From positions 45,076,001-45,140,000 of the forward strand of contig CM052818.1 in assembly GCA_028534125.1 (NCBI GenBank): DNA of 64,000 nt, given 5' to 3'. This document shows, one piece after another, positions 50,803 through 64,000 of this stretch. Position numbers and translations under genes: made by a program. The notes under the pieces are model-generated. The model had not been told where the DNA came from. It did no database searches and worked only from the letters and a program-made list of their open reading frames with translations. How positions within the stretch are numbered: position 1 is the first letter of the stretch; every line of letters begins with the position of its first letter. Source of the stretch: Lama glama (Eukaryota).

Positions 50803-52781
50803 AACTCTGCTGTCTGTGTCACCGACAGTACTCTTTTTTTTTTTTCTTTAATGAGTTGGTATAAAACTGAATATGTTAGAATAGATCACACAAAGATAAA
50901 TACAGTTTGGTGAAACTTCTTTTTACAAATTTTATTTTGTTTCCATTAAAAATCAGCCTAAGAAATTGACTCAGAAAGGTTGAGTGAAAAGAACACTTAT
51001 TATAGGCACACCATGAGCTAAGCGCTTTCTGAATGCTTTGCACTTGTCTCATTGACTCCCCACAGCACCTCTCAGAGGAAACAAGGTATCAGGTAACTGC
51101 CAAGATCACTCAGCCAGCAGATGGCACAGTTGGGGTCGGAACCCTGATAGTCTGCTGTCACAGCCCACGGGCTTCGCCTCCCATGTCCTGGTCACACAAC
51201 TGGAGTGGTGGAGCTGGGATTTGACCCCAGGCAGATTTTCTGTCCAGTATAGTGCAGCACACCACAGACACACACCCCATATTCATCTTCCAGTCCTCAC
51301 TCATGTTACTTCCCTTCTCAGTTGTCTTCAGTACAACTAGGGTCAAATTCAAATTGCATCTTACTCTAAGCATAATGGGTTTAAAAATGCCCATTTATTC
51401 AATATTTATTGAGTTCTAATGGCAAGTGCGTGTGTACACACACATACCCTACTCTGCTTAGGGGCAGGGTTCATACTCTCGTGGACAATATATTATGTAT
51501 AGCTAATAATTAGTTTGCAGTCATCACTGTACCAGAGGGGTACAGGGAAGGAGCGGTGGTTCCTGAATTTCCCTACAGAGGGCGCCAAGGAGTATCCTCA
51601 GGTTTAGAAGCTTGAGAAGAGGTTGGAAGAGGGAGAAGTTGCCTTTGCTTAGAAGCACAGTGTTTTTTGGCTTAGGTGTATATTTGGGTGATGGCAATCC
51701 CTCAGGCAGGTAGAGCTCCCTCCCCCTCCCAACCAGCCATCCCCGATATGGTCAGTAGGTCCAAGGTGCTGCAGGAGCCCAGGAGTTCACAGGCATATCT
51801 CCGGCTCGCCAGCACTTGGAGACCTTGCCTGGTTTGCCTGCCTCACCTGGGGGAGAGCAGCCTGCTCAGAGGAAGGCACGTGGTTGGTAGCCCCAAACAT
51901 GCTGGGTGAAGCTGGAAACAGACCACTCAGAGCCTAGAGGGACCTGTGCAGAGTATGGACTCTAAGTCAGTTGTTCAGACCTCAGGTGACCGCTCAATAG
52001 TTGGCCGGTTGTGCAATCCATGTATTGAGTATGGAGCAGCATTTTTATTGAGATAGTATAGAATGTAAGACATCAGAATACATCAGACATGGTAAAAATA
52101 AGTATGGCTTTAATCTCTTCACAGTAACCAGAGGTTGACTCCAGCTCCAGCATGTCCATTTGGCAAATCCCAGACCCTTACAAGGAAGAAGACTGGTCCT
52201 GATCAAAGTGGGAAAGGAGAGGAGGCAGATGCAAAATACAGCAGAGAAATTGTCCTCAAACAGCCCAGAGCAGAGCAGGAGACTGCTGACAACAGCAACG
52301 TGAGAGAGAGATAGTTGTGTGTCACAGGTCCAGGCTAGAGAGGCATTTGAACTTGGAGGGCTGGTAACCAAAAAAAAAAAAAAAAGGCAAAAGGCAGGCA
52401 GGAAGACTCCTGCTGGAGGCCTGAGACCAGTCTGAAGCCAGAAGGCAGAGGAGGAAAGGTGAGAGACAGGCAACACAAAATCCCTCTCTGGGAGGAACAG
52501 CCCAGCATCACCGAGAGAGGGGAGCTGGCTGGCAGTCACTTGCCCCTCCAAACCTGCATGCCCCATGCCTGAGACTCCTACACTCCTTCTCAAACCCTCA
52601 AAAGCCTCAGAGCCTTGGCTACTGACACGCCTGAGCCCCAGGCGCCCTCCCTCTCTTATTCCTCCAAACCTCACTCATCCTCCCCAGCCGCCTCCACTCA
52701 CCTGGCCAGAGCAGCACTTAGAGTTCGGGTCTGTGGATTCCTCTTGATCCAGTGCTCTCCCCAGGCCCATATCATCTCCTC

Positions 52782-53113
52782 TGCTATGGACTGAACTGTG
52801 TCCCCCCAAAAGTCATGTGTTGAAGTCATAACCCTCAATGTATTTGCAGATAGGGATTTTAAGGAGATAACTGAGGTTAAATGAATTGAGGCGCTAATCT
52901 AATAAAATTAGCGTCCTTCTAAGAAGAGACACTAGAGATCTTTGCCTCGCTCTGCACATACTCACCGAGGAAAGGCCCTCTGAAGACACAGCAAGAAGGG
53001 AGCCTTCTACAAGCCGGGAAGAGAGGAGTCACCAGAAACCCTAACAGGACTTGGATTTTGGACTTCCAGCTGCCAGGATTATTTCCTTACGGCAGCCTGA
53101 GCAGACTAAGACA
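52782..53113 (+). mobile_element. MLT1A-like MaLR solo LTR
   Basis: TG..CA termini (tgctatggactgaa ... gcagactaagaca) with near-TSD tcctc/tcttc. Confidence 0.85.
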
Positions 53114-54806
53114 TCTTCCTTCCTCCCTCACACCTGCCAAGTCTTCCCTAGACCTCCCCCTCCTCCAAGGCTCTGGACACAGCCTTTCATCATCCGACCC
53201 CTAGACCCTGTCTGAATTTTGTGAAGGCTTAGACTGGGATACCATACGTTAAAAAAAAATCTATTTGCGCCTTCTCACTGAAGGTCATTGATGCATAGAA
53301 ATTTGAGACAGGAGCTTAGATCCATTGAGAATTTCCTGAAGGATTAAACCAGGGGGGAAAACTCTGGACTTTTGGCTAAATGTGGAAAGTTTCTTGCTGT
53401 GCTGTAGTCTGTCCTGCATAGGATTTTTATTAGAATTACACATTTTGTTATGTCATAGGGGGATGGGGGAACCTCAAACCTATTAGATACCAGAAGCAGC
53501 AATTTGACTCATGTGAGTTTTTCATTTAAATAAGGAAAGAAGAAAAAAACAGTCTATTTAGGCATTGTAAGAAGTGATTGAGCTGTATTTTTCTTTATTA
53601 AATTATGTATTTTTATTTGCTGAACAATAACATTTGGGGCTACAAGAATGTTTAAATTCCATGGCGCTAATTAAAACTAGCACATGTGTATCTAAGCGAT
53701 TTGTCTAGACAACAAAAAAGGCAAGCTGCAATCTATTCCCTTTTTATGGAATAATCAGGTCTGGGCAGTTAAAATTTCTTTGTGTATAATAATTCCTTTC
53801 ATCAAGATTCAGTTCCATACTTCACTGGAAATTCACATTTCATTATTGCTGTGCCCCATCAGACAACGAGCTGCCCTCAGGGCCCCGAAGAGTTGATTGA
53901 CCAGAAGCCTCAGCTCACCTCCTCCTGTCTCAATAAACTGTGCCTGGAGGTCAAGTGCAGGAGGCTGTGTTGGATGGAGAATGGGGCAGAGAAGAGAATG
54001 ATTTAAAATAGATTCATCAGGAAACTTTTTTTTTTTTTGCTGCAGCAACAGAGTTTCTTTTTTCTTTTCTATGCCTCAGTTTTTCTATCTGCAGAAAGGA
54101 CATAGTGACCTTTCCTTCCTGAGTACAAGATCTCATAAGGGACAAATAAAACAGGGGGTGTGAATAGACTTCACAAACTATAAGATGCTGAAAATGTGAA
54201 GGCAAAGGGAGGAAGGAGGAGGGAAGGAAAGAGAGAAAAAAGGAGGAGAAACGGGAGGAGGAGGGAACAGGAGTTTGACTTCCTGGGTCCGGTCCCGCTG
54301 TGGGCTCGTCCCTTTATGTCCACACACCTCCACCCCCTGCTCTGTTCAGCTGATTTATCCAGCTCGGGTCATGGGTGGGAAGCTGTGTATGTGACAGAGC
54401 CACCTCACATCCCAGATGTGTAGAAAGAAGTCAGAGACTTTGGATGCACTCATCTGCCCTGGAGGCTGGGGCTAGGACCCCACTCTGGGCCTGAGATGAA
54501 GTTGCTTTGATTTTTCTTAGAAAAGGAAAATGCAGTTAGAACGCAAAGGGGGCCTCTCATGCTTCAGGCCCTGCTGTGAGGAGTGGAACAGTCACTAGGG
54601 GAGGGGTGGGATGCTGTTTGCTTTTGTGACTGCTTTTAAAAAGAGCATAAAAAGAGAAGAACACTTTGAAAAACCAGTCCTTTAGCATCTTTCTTTTCTT
54701 TAATTGCAAAATTAATATATATTTGTAGTAAAAATTCAAAATATGTGAAAGCCCCATATTTGCACACCCAATAGCCCTATTCCCCCAAAGTCAGTGCTGT
54801 CCATAG

Positions 54807-55045
54807 TGTATTTGTTCTGCTACTGTGTAACGAACTACCACAAATTCAGCAGCTTGAAACAGCAAACATTTGTTATCTTGCGGTTTCTGTGAGTCAGGAG
54901 TCTGGCCAAGGCTTAGCTGGGTCCTCTGCTCAAGATCTCACAAGGCTTTGCAGTAAAATATGTTGGCTAGGGCTAGGATCTCATCTGAGGCCCAGGACCC
55001 TCTTCCCTGCTTCTGTGGCAGAATTTATTTCCTTGCAACTAAAGA
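54807..55045 (-). mobile_element. MLT1-type MaLR LTR fragment
   Basis: ctgtgtaacgaactaccacaaattcagcagcttgaaacagc..ttctgtgagtcaggagtctgg..cttagctgggtcctctgctca. Confidence 0.7.
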
Positions 55046-55059
55046 ACTTTTGAAGGCTC

Positions 55060-56262
55060 CCCAAAATGAAATACTTAGGTATTAAATCTGCAAAAAAAAA
55101 TTTGTACAAGCTCTGTATGAGGACAACTACAAATCTCTGATGAAAAAAAATCAAAGAACTAAATAATTGGAAAGGTAGTCCATGTTCATGGACAAGAAGA
55201 CCCATTTTGTCAAGATGTCAATTCTTCCTAACTTGATCTGTAAACTCAATGCAATCCCAATCAAAATCCCAGCAAGTGGCATGAATAGACACCTCACTAA
55301 AGAAGAAATGCAAATGGCAAGTAAACATATGAAAAGATATTCCACATCCTAGGTCATGAGAGACTTGTGAATTAAAACCCCAGTGAAATACCACTACATA
55401 CCTATAAAAATGACCAAGATCCAAAACGCCAACAACACAAAATGCTGACAAGGATGTGGAGCAGTGTTCATTGCTGGTGAGGATGCAAATGGTACAGTCA
55501 CTTTGGAAGATAGATAGTCATTTTCTTACAAAATGAAACACTCTTACCATATGATTCAGCAGTTATGCTCCTTGGTATTTACCCAAATGAGTTGAAAACT
55601 TATGTCCACATGAAAACCTGCATACAGATGTTTATAGCAGCTTTATTTGTGATTGCCAAAACTTGGACACAACCATGATGTCCTTCGATAGGTGAGTGGA
55701 TACGGTACATCCAGACAATGTAATATTATTCAGTGCTAAAAAGAAATGAACTATCAAGCTATGGAAGGAAACAGGGGAAACTTAAATGCATATTCCTAAG
55801 TGAAAGAAGCCAATTTGAGAAGACTACATCCTTTATGATTACAACTATATGTCATTCTGGAAAAAGACAAAACTATGGAGGTAGTAGAAAGATCAGTGGT
55901 TGCCAGGGGTTGGAGGGGTAAGGAATCAATGAGCAGAGCACAGAGGTTTTATAGGGCAGTGAATGTCTTCCATATGACACTAGAATGGTGGGTACATATC
56001 ATTATACACTTGTCCAAACTCGTAGAGTGTACACCACCAAGAGGGAACCCTAATGTAAACTTCGGACTTTGGGTGATAATGATGTATCAGTGTAGGCTCA
56101 TTGACAGTAACAAAGGTACCCTCTGGTGAGGATGTTGAAGGATGGGAGTCTGTGCCTGTATAGGCTCAGAGGGTACATGGGACCTCTCTGTATTTTCCCC
56201 TCAATTTTGTTGCAAACCTAAAAGTGCTTTAAAAACCTTAAGCTTATTCATTTTTAAAAAGT
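55060..56262 (+). mobile_element. Old L1M (L1MC/MD-like) ORF2 end and 3' UTR with an internal deletion
   Basis: aaatacttaggtattaaat, aatgcaatcccaatcaaaatccca, then 3' UTR gtacaccaccaagagggaaccctaatgtaaac. Confidence 0.85.
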
Positions 56263-56324
56263 AAATAGCTAATGATTTTAAAACAAATCTATCTGGGTGT
56301 GTATGTCCAAGTCCAGTGGGGTTT

Positions 56325-57075
56325 TTTGGTTGTTTGTTTAACTGAAGTATAGTTGATTTACAATGTTGTGTTAGTTTCTGGTGTACAGCATAGTGATTCA
56401 GTTATACATATATATGTATATATTCTTTTTCATTATAGGTTATTACAAGATACTGAATATAGTCCCTGTGCTCTACAGTAGGACCTTGTTGTTTATCTAT
56501 TTTATATATAGTAATCTCAAACTCCTAATTTATTCCTCCCCTTGTCCCTTTCCCCTTTGGTAACCATAAGTTTGTTTTCTATGTCTGTGAGTCTCTTTCT
56601 GTTTTGTAAATAAGTTCATTTGTATCTTTTTTTAGATTCCACATATGAGTAATATCATATGGTATTTTTCTTTCTCCTTCTGGCTTACTTCACTTAGTGT
56701 GATAATCTCTAGGTCCATCCATGTTGCTGCAAATGGCATTATTTCATTCTTTTTTATGACTGAGTAGTATTCCATTGTATATATACACCACAATTTCTTT
56801 ATCCAGTTTTCTGTCTATGGATGTTTAGGTTGCGTCCATATCTTGGCTATTTTAAATAGTGCTTCTATGAACATTGGGGTGCATGTATCTTTTCAAATGG
56901 AGTTTTTATCTTTTCTGGCTATATACCCAGGCATGGGGTTGCTGGATCAAATGGTAACTCTATTTTTGTATTTTAAGGATTCTGTTTTCCACAGTGGCTG
57001 CACCAAATTGCATTCCCACGAACAGGGTAGGAGGGTTCCCCTTTCTCCACACCCTCTCCACATTTATCATTTGTG
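56325..57075 (-). mobile_element. L1 3' end (cetartiodactyl type)
   Basis: ctgaagtatagttgatttacaatgttgtg..ccatccatgttgctgcaaatggc..ttccacagtggctgcaccaa; antisense to the 60889 L1 tail. Confidence 0.9.
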
Positions 57076-58049
57076 GCCAGTTCAGTGTTCTTCACTGAAC
57101 TTAGCTGCCATGGAGGAAATCTGATTTGCAGCCCAGCAGAGGGGAAAGGGAATCTCAGGCGTGGAAGCAGCCAGTGCCTCCTTACTGCCATGGAATTCAG
57201 CTGAGGGCCACGGACCTCAGCTCAGCTCCTGACACCAACACATCGTTAAGCTGCTCAGAGCCCTGCCCTGGGACATATTTGACCAAGGCTTATCTCTGGG
57301 TGCCCCCAGCTCCATATCTGCTCCTGGTCAGAGAATGGGAAGGAAAGGGGTCATTATGGGGTCAAATGAGGAGGAAAAGGGCATGGCGTGGGAAGTAGAA
57401 GGTGCGGGTGCTGAATGTGAACTGGGAGCAGAGTGGGAAGAGGGATGAAGAGAGGGAAGGGGGATGGGAGTAAGCAGAGAAAATTCAGGAACATCTTCTC
57501 AGGTTTTTGAAGAAAACGTCATGTCAGGAAGGACTTGGTAATTACTGTCATTTGTGGGATGTTTTAGTCCAAGAGAACCAAATAATTATGATATCATGAG
57601 CTCAGTGCCTTCCTCTAAATCAGTATCCAGTCATGAAACGTATATGGCTTACGTGTTCTCGGGAGCTTCCCCTGCCTTAGTCCCACCACGGGCTGCACAA
57701 CAAAGCCCTTTGGGGAATAGAAATTTCTTCCTCGTGTGGTTATGTCAATCAAACAGGACTTCACGTGTATCTACGTGGACCCTGGGTGGTGCCAGGTTTC
57801 CAGGGAGCGTGGGGCCCCCGAAACCCAGAACTGGGAAGAAACAAATTGTTTAGGTCAACCTTCTATCAACTGTATCCCTCCAAGCAAGCATCAGTCTTGG
57901 CTTGGATGCCTCTAGTGGTGGGGAGCTCATGACATGCAGGGAGCAGGGAGTGGTACCACATGAAAACTCTTAGGAAGAAAAGAGGCCTTTTTTTTAACTT
58001 CTGAGAGTGAAGTCATTCCATACCCGGGGCCATGAAGGCAATGTTTATC

Positions 58050-58260
58050 TAGGCAAGAGTTTGGCTCTCTAGTCAGAAAACTAAGCTTTGAATTCTACCT
58101 CTGCCATATTCTAGCTGTGTGACCTTGGACATGTCACCTTGCCTCTTTGAGTCTCAGTTGCCTCTTCTACAAAGTAGAGACAGTGTTCCCTAGACCTCCA
58201 GCAGACGGTTATGGTCAGCAATAAAGAAAGCACATGGTGAAATGGGATGTAAAGAATTGC
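58050..58260 (+). mobile_element. MIR SINE
   Basis: ctctgccatattctagctgtgtgaccttggacatgtcaccttgcctctttgagtctcagtt. Confidence 0.7.
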
Positions 58261-58544
58261 TATCATTTCACCTATTTTTCACAATATTGGGATTGAAATG
58301 GGACCTAAGAAATCAGAATCAAACTGGTTTGTTTCCCAGTGCCAATATATAAGTAGTTTATAATGTCCCAATGTCCCTGTCTATAAAAACATGCTAACAG
58401 ACAGAGGAAGTAGCAGGAAGAGGTTAGGAATTGGGGAGATGCTTACATCCAGATTTTGTTCACTCGTCTTCATCAGTGCACAACACAGCATCGCTCACTG
58501 CGTTCACATCTCTAGCTTTCTCCCCATCTCCCCTCAGGTGCCGT

Positions 58545-58990
58545 AACCGTGGATATAACTTAGGAACAGCCAGATAGAAGAGACGCACAGGGCCAGCCAG
58601 ATATGTGGGAAAGGGCGCAGAGCCTCTGTGCCCTCTCTGGGAGCACTCTCTGGGATAGCACCGCTATCCCGGCATGTCAACCTGGAAGCTCTCTGACCCT
58701 CTTCCTTGGGATTTTATGAAGGCTTCATTACAAAGGCACGATTGATTAGATCATTGGCCACCGGTGACAGAACTCAATCTCCAGCCCCTTTCTCCTCTCC
58801 AGAGGTCTTGAGGTGGGACTGAAAGTTCCAGTCCTCTAATCACAGGGTGGCTCTCCTAGCAACCACCCCCCTTCCTTAGGTATTTCCCAGGAGTCACTTC
58901 ACTGACATAAAAGCCACCTTTTCAAGCTCTCAATACTTAAGCCGTTCCAAGGGTTTTAGGAACACCATGCCAGGTTGAAGACCAAATATT
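58545..58990. mobile_element. MER21-like LTR fragment
   Basis: ggaacagccagatagaagag..gggaaagggcgcagagc..ggcttcattaca..gattgattagatcattggcc..gggactgaaagttcca. Confidence 0.65.
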
Positions 58991-60761
58991 TGTGACCTTA
59001 TTTTGAAAGAGGGTCTTTGCATATGTAATCAATTTAAGGTGAATTATGAGTCATGCCGGATCCTAATCCAATATAATTGGTGTCCTTATAAGGCTCGTGT
59101 CACCATTTCCACCCTCACCTCCCAATGCCAGGATGGGGGACTCTTCTAGGAAAGGCTTCTAACACTGGCTTCTCTCCTTCTTCTGTCCAAGTCATCCAAC
59201 CACTCTGAGTTGACATGTAAGTCTATAAACTGGACATAACAGAACAGAAACTATATCATAAGGATGTTGTCAGATGCCTTGAAGATCGTGAATGTGAAAG
59301 TTCTCAAGACTCGTTTTGTTTTTGTTATCATTATAGCCTTGTCAGTCTATCTGTGTATGATCAACTTTGGCATCTCTCAAAATTGAAACAAAACCCCAGT
59401 GACATGTACAACTATGTCCCATAAGACCACAACCTTCTCAGCAATTCATTTGCCGCTGGATATTTAATTGATTGCAGAGCTCCCTAAAAATAATTTATTA
59501 TAAACAGAGCCTCTAAGGAAATCATTCCCTTGTTTTGCTTTGTACGAAATAGCTAAGGAGATAAAAGTAACAAATAGCCCCTTTTACCCACAGAAGATTC
59601 TCTTGACTCAAGAGGAGCAAAGTAAAATGTCCTTCCCAGATTTGGCGTTAACATGCGTGGCTATGCATCCGTTATTGAACCGGTCTCCAAAGCTCATCAG
59701 GCATCTGTTGACACCCTTGCTGAAATCAAACATGTAAACTCACAGGCATTAGTCCAGATAAACACCACCTGCCTCTTCATTTTCTAAGATAGCTTTTTAA
59801 TCCATCCAAGTTGGAAATGTTCTTCCTAGACACCAAATTGCTTCTTGAGAAACAGTGTTTGTGATGCAAGCAGAGTCCCCTTCCCATCCCAGCCCATTGC
59901 TTTGACAGGTGTTAATTACACTCTTGATCAAAGAGAAACATCTGCACCCTTCAGCATGGGAGGCGGTGGCAATTTGCAGCTCAGCAGGCAGTGGATGGGA
60001 AATTGCTGGAGACACTTGCTGGCCACGTGGGAGCCATCGCTGGGGCTCCCCATCCCTGGGGCTCCCACCCTTGGCAGATCAGCAGATCTCGTGTCCCTGG
60101 AAGGACAGGCTTCAGGAGGGAGCCCCCAGACTCACCAGCTTTCCTCCTCTCCATGTGCCATTTTTCCTTCTCTTTCCAGAGTCAGGTCTGCCGAATGGTC
60201 ACCCTGCACAATCCTCAGCTGGCCATTCTGAACGTCTTTTCCCAGGTTTGTGGCATTCTCCTTTGGTGGCAGTACTAATGCTGACTTCACATGCTGTCTT
60301 TATTCATCCCACTTAGATTTCTCCCTGGAAATACTCATGTGTTTGACTACAGGGTGCTGCCCTGACCTTGAGACCTCCTGGCCATGTTGTTCAGTGGATA
60401 GAATACAGGCTCTATAACCCTTTTTTTTTTTAATTTTGAAAAAATCTGATTCCAAAATACATCTGAGGAATTGCCCACTTGTACTCGGGTGACTTTTAAC
60501 AACTGCCTTGACTTTCTCCAGACTCAGGTGAACCCTTCTCAGCCAGACAAGAACTTTCCTGATGTCCCCACAAGTCAGCTGTCTCCACCCCAAGTATTGC
60601 TCCTGGAGAGTAAGGATGAGATGGACACATCGGCTGTACCTCTTGCTGGCTGTGTCACTTAACCATGGGACTCGGTTTCCCATCTATCACATAGGGCCTC
60701 TACTTCCTAACCTCTAGTCTGGGGTGCTCCTAGGCTCTGAAACACCAACGATGAATCCCAG

Positions 60762-62241
60762 TGTTATGGACCACACCTGCTCCCCCAAATTGTATGTCCA
60801 AGTCCTAACCTCCAGTATGGCTGTATTTGGAGATGGGGCCTGTAAGGAAGTAATTAATGTTAAATGAGACCTTAAGAGGGGGTCCCTGAAAATATTTGCA
60901 AATGATGTGAGTGACCAAGGTTTAATTTCCAGAATATATAAACAGCTCATACAACTCAATAACAACACAACAACAACAACAACAAAACCAATCCAAAAAT
61001 GGGCAGAAGACCTAAACAAGCAATTCTCCAATGAAGGTACACAAATGGCCAACATGAAAAAATGCTCAGTATCACTAATTATCAGAGAAATGCAAATCAA
61101 AACTACAATGAGACATCACTTCACACCAGTCAGAATGGGCATCATTCCAAAGTCCACAAACGATAAATGCTGGAGAGGCTGTGGAGAAAGGGAGCCCTCC
61201 TGTACTGCCAAAGGGAATGTACTTTGGTGCAGCCATTATGGAAAACATTATGGGGATTCCTCAAGAAACTAAAAATAGACTTGCCATATGATCCAGCAAT
61301 CCCACTGCTGGGCATATAGCTGAGGGAACTCTAATTTGAAAAGATACAAGCATCCCAATGTTCATAGCAGCACTATTTACAATAGCTAAGACATGGATGC
61401 AACCAAAATGTCCATCAGCAGAGGACTGGATAAAGAAGTGGTATAATTATACAATGGAATACTACTCAGCCATAAAAAGAATACAATAATGCCATTTGCA
61501 GCAACATGGATGGACCTGGAGATCATCATTCTAAGTAAAGCCAGAAAGAGAAAGAAAAATACCATATGATATCACTCATATGTGGACTCTAGAAAAAGAA
61601 AAAAGACACTAATGAAATCATCTACAAAACAGAAACAGACTGGCAGACACAGTAAACAATCTTACGGTTACCAGGGGAAAGGGGGTGGGAAGGGATACGT
61701 TTGGGAGTTTGAGATTTGCAAATATTAACTACTAGATATAAAAATAGATAAAAACCAAATTTCTTCTGTATAGCACAGGGAACTATATTCAGTATCTTGT
61801 AATAACCTTTAATGAAAATATGAAAACGAATATATATATATATACACACACACACACGATTGGGAAATTATGCTGTATCCCAGAAATTGATGCATTGTAA
61901 CTGACTATACTTCAACAACAAAAAAAAGTGGTTCCACGATCCAATAGGATTAGCATCCTTATGAAAAGAGACACCCAAGAGAAGCACTATTCATTCTCTC
62001 TCTCCTTGTCTCTCTCTGTCTCTCCCTCCTCCTCCTCTGTCTCCTTGAGTGAGCACAGAAGAAAATCTAGGTGAAGACAGAAAGAGAAGTGGCTGTCTGC
62101 AAGCCAGGAAAAGGGCCCTCACCAGAAACCCAATCATCCAGAACCTTGATCTTGGACTTTCCAGCCTCCAGACCTGTGAAAATATAAATTTCTATTGTTT
62201 AAGCCCCCAAGTATTTTGTTAGGACAGCCCAGACTAAGACA
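60762..62241 (+). mobile_element. MLT1A-like MaLR LTR split by the L1
   Basis: 5' part tgttatgga..gtatttggagatggggcc..gttaaatgag (60762-60888). The 3' part resumes at gatccaataggattag..aagagacac and ends ..agactaagaca. Confidence 0.8.
60889..61927 (+). mobile_element. 5'-truncated L1 (ORF2 end, 3' UTR, A tail)
   Basis: ORF2 C-terminal peptide [13 protein letters not shown]/[35 protein letters not shown]; 3' UTR tatagcacagggaactatattc; ends ctatacttcaacaacaaaaaaaa. Confidence 0.92.
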
Positions 62242-63284
62242 GATGATACTCAGTCTAGTTTTGCAGATAAGAAACAAGTTCAGAAGGGTGACATGGAGTC
62301 TGAAAGGAGGAGTGAGCAATTAACAAGCAGCTGGGGGAAGGGATCACTTTTCATCCAGAAATGCAAGGGCTTAGAGGTACAGACAGAGGCTGGTGCAGTC
62401 AGAGAAGAGGGCAGTGCCTGGGGTGAGAACCTGGGGTGCCATTCTAAGGCAGCCATATGCCTTGAATAAAGAACTGGGGGCATATGGTTGGGCATGAATA
62501 TGTAAATGAGCCTAATTCTGGGAAATCCAAATTATGAGGGTGCAGCCTGTACACCAGGAGTGGGTGGCACAGCCTCAAAAAACCTCAGTCCTGAGAACAT
62601 CAGTGGAATCCATGTCACGAGCAATACCTGAGGTTCTTTTCACCGAGTGTGTATCACAAAGACAACCAAAGAGGTAGAAACGCTGAACCTCACGGCAGAA
62701 TGAACAGAGTTTCCCGAGCCATAAATGCAGGATACAAAATCGGCTTCCCCTGTTCACAGCTAATCTCTCCTCCGTGGTAGCTAGGATATACCACGTCATT
62801 TTCCTCTTTCTTCCTTCTGTTTTCTGTGTTAACTGCAAATCTACTTTTTCATCTCAGGAAGATCCACAGGCAACATCCCAAGGTTCCACGCTGAAAAATG
62901 ATGGAAAAAGGGTTCTTAGCATCTTTGTCCTCACTTGTCTTCCGTTGGCTAATTTTTCTTGTCCCCACTGGCCCTTTCTTTTTCTGCCCTTGAATAAATG
63001 TCTGAAGGAACAACTAATCTCCCAAGCAAATGGGCACCTCTATTTCTCTGGGCAGCCATGGCGAGAATATTGAGTAGGGTTTAGAAGAAAAAGACATCTG
63101 GGCTATTTCCCTAAAAGCTCTCCCCAATACATAAAGTCCTTTAAATGATAATTGCTGACTTGGTCTGGTTATCAGCCACCCCCTCCACCTCCCCAGCAGC
63201 TGGGCTGAAAAGCTATCTGCCAACTGGCTCCATGGAGCTGGCTTTTAACTCTCCCAACCCCATCATAGCGCACGTTTGTCTATC

Positions 63285-63326
63285 CGTACATGCACACACG
63301 TACATGCACACACGTACATGCACACA
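63285..63326. repeat. 14-bp tandem repeat x3 (CGTACATGCACACA)
   Basis: Three perfect copies. Confidence 0.9.
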
Positions 63327-64000
63327 GAGATATATTTAACAGTATGTGTGAGACAGAGGCCTCATAGAAAATGACCCCTGCCCTCAAGCAGGAAAGATGT
63401 GTGTAAATATGTGAAAAACTTATGTGCAAAGCAAGAGTTCATGGAAGAGAGAATCCTTCAGACAGAGGTAGCTCAATCTTTAGTAAAGCTATCTCCCCCT
63501 GACCCATTGGGTGCTCACGACAGCTCCAAGAAATGCTCGGGGCAAAGATGGCAGAGCAGAAGAGGATGGAGGGGTTAAGCTATTGGGATTCTCAGCAGAG
63601 AGAAGGAAGATTGGCCTCTCAAAGCCATCAGCAGGAACAATCGTTTCATCTGTAGTCTTGGCAGACTGTCTATGCCAAAGAAGCAGCTTAAACAAATAGA
63701 CCTTGATTTTGATGGTTTTCAAATGGGAGCCGTGTTGATTTACCCAGTGTCTGACTTTTGCAAAAATCACACCATTTGAGCTCTAGAGCACGCTATTCCC
63801 CACCTCCTGGGGTAAATTGACTTTTAAATGAGTGCAGCGAAACACTCAAATCTCTGTAAGGAGGATGAAGGCTAAGAAGTGCGCCTCCCTCTTACACATT
63901 TGTGTCGGTTTCTGAAGAGGTTTCTGTGACTTTTCAGACCAGAAGTGTTGTACCTTTTCCTGCTGCAGCAGGCATGAGAAAGCCAGTGGGGCCAGATACT

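Noticed and set aside
1..64000. CRISPR arrays, operons, prokaryotic defence systems or additional spliced genes
   Set aside because: The DNA is mammalian. I saw no repeat-spacer arrays and no other recognisable coding exons; small exons or lncRNAs cannot be excluded without transcript data.

Overview
Mammalian genomic DNA, most likely from a camelid. This is inferred from tRNA-Ala-derived vic-1-like SINEs and cetartiodactyl-type L1 3' ends, with no Alu, Bov-tA or PRE elements recognised. The only supportable protein-coding gene is the intronless KCNF1 (Kv5.1 silent K+ channel subunit) on the minus strand at 47562-49046 (494 aa). It has a CpG-island promoter, a perfect CRE, a 5' uORF and a poly(A) signal. 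The rest is repeat-rich intergenic DNA: L1 fragments of several ages, MaLR/ERV LTRs, MER5, MIR/L2, four vic-1-like SINEs, a decayed U6 retrocopy, microsatellites and a 500-N assembly gap. I found no convincing novel biological system; the best leads are possible translational and trafficking control features of KCNF1. Repeat family names come from recalled consensus motifs, not a search, and repeat boundaries are approximate unless a TSD is given.
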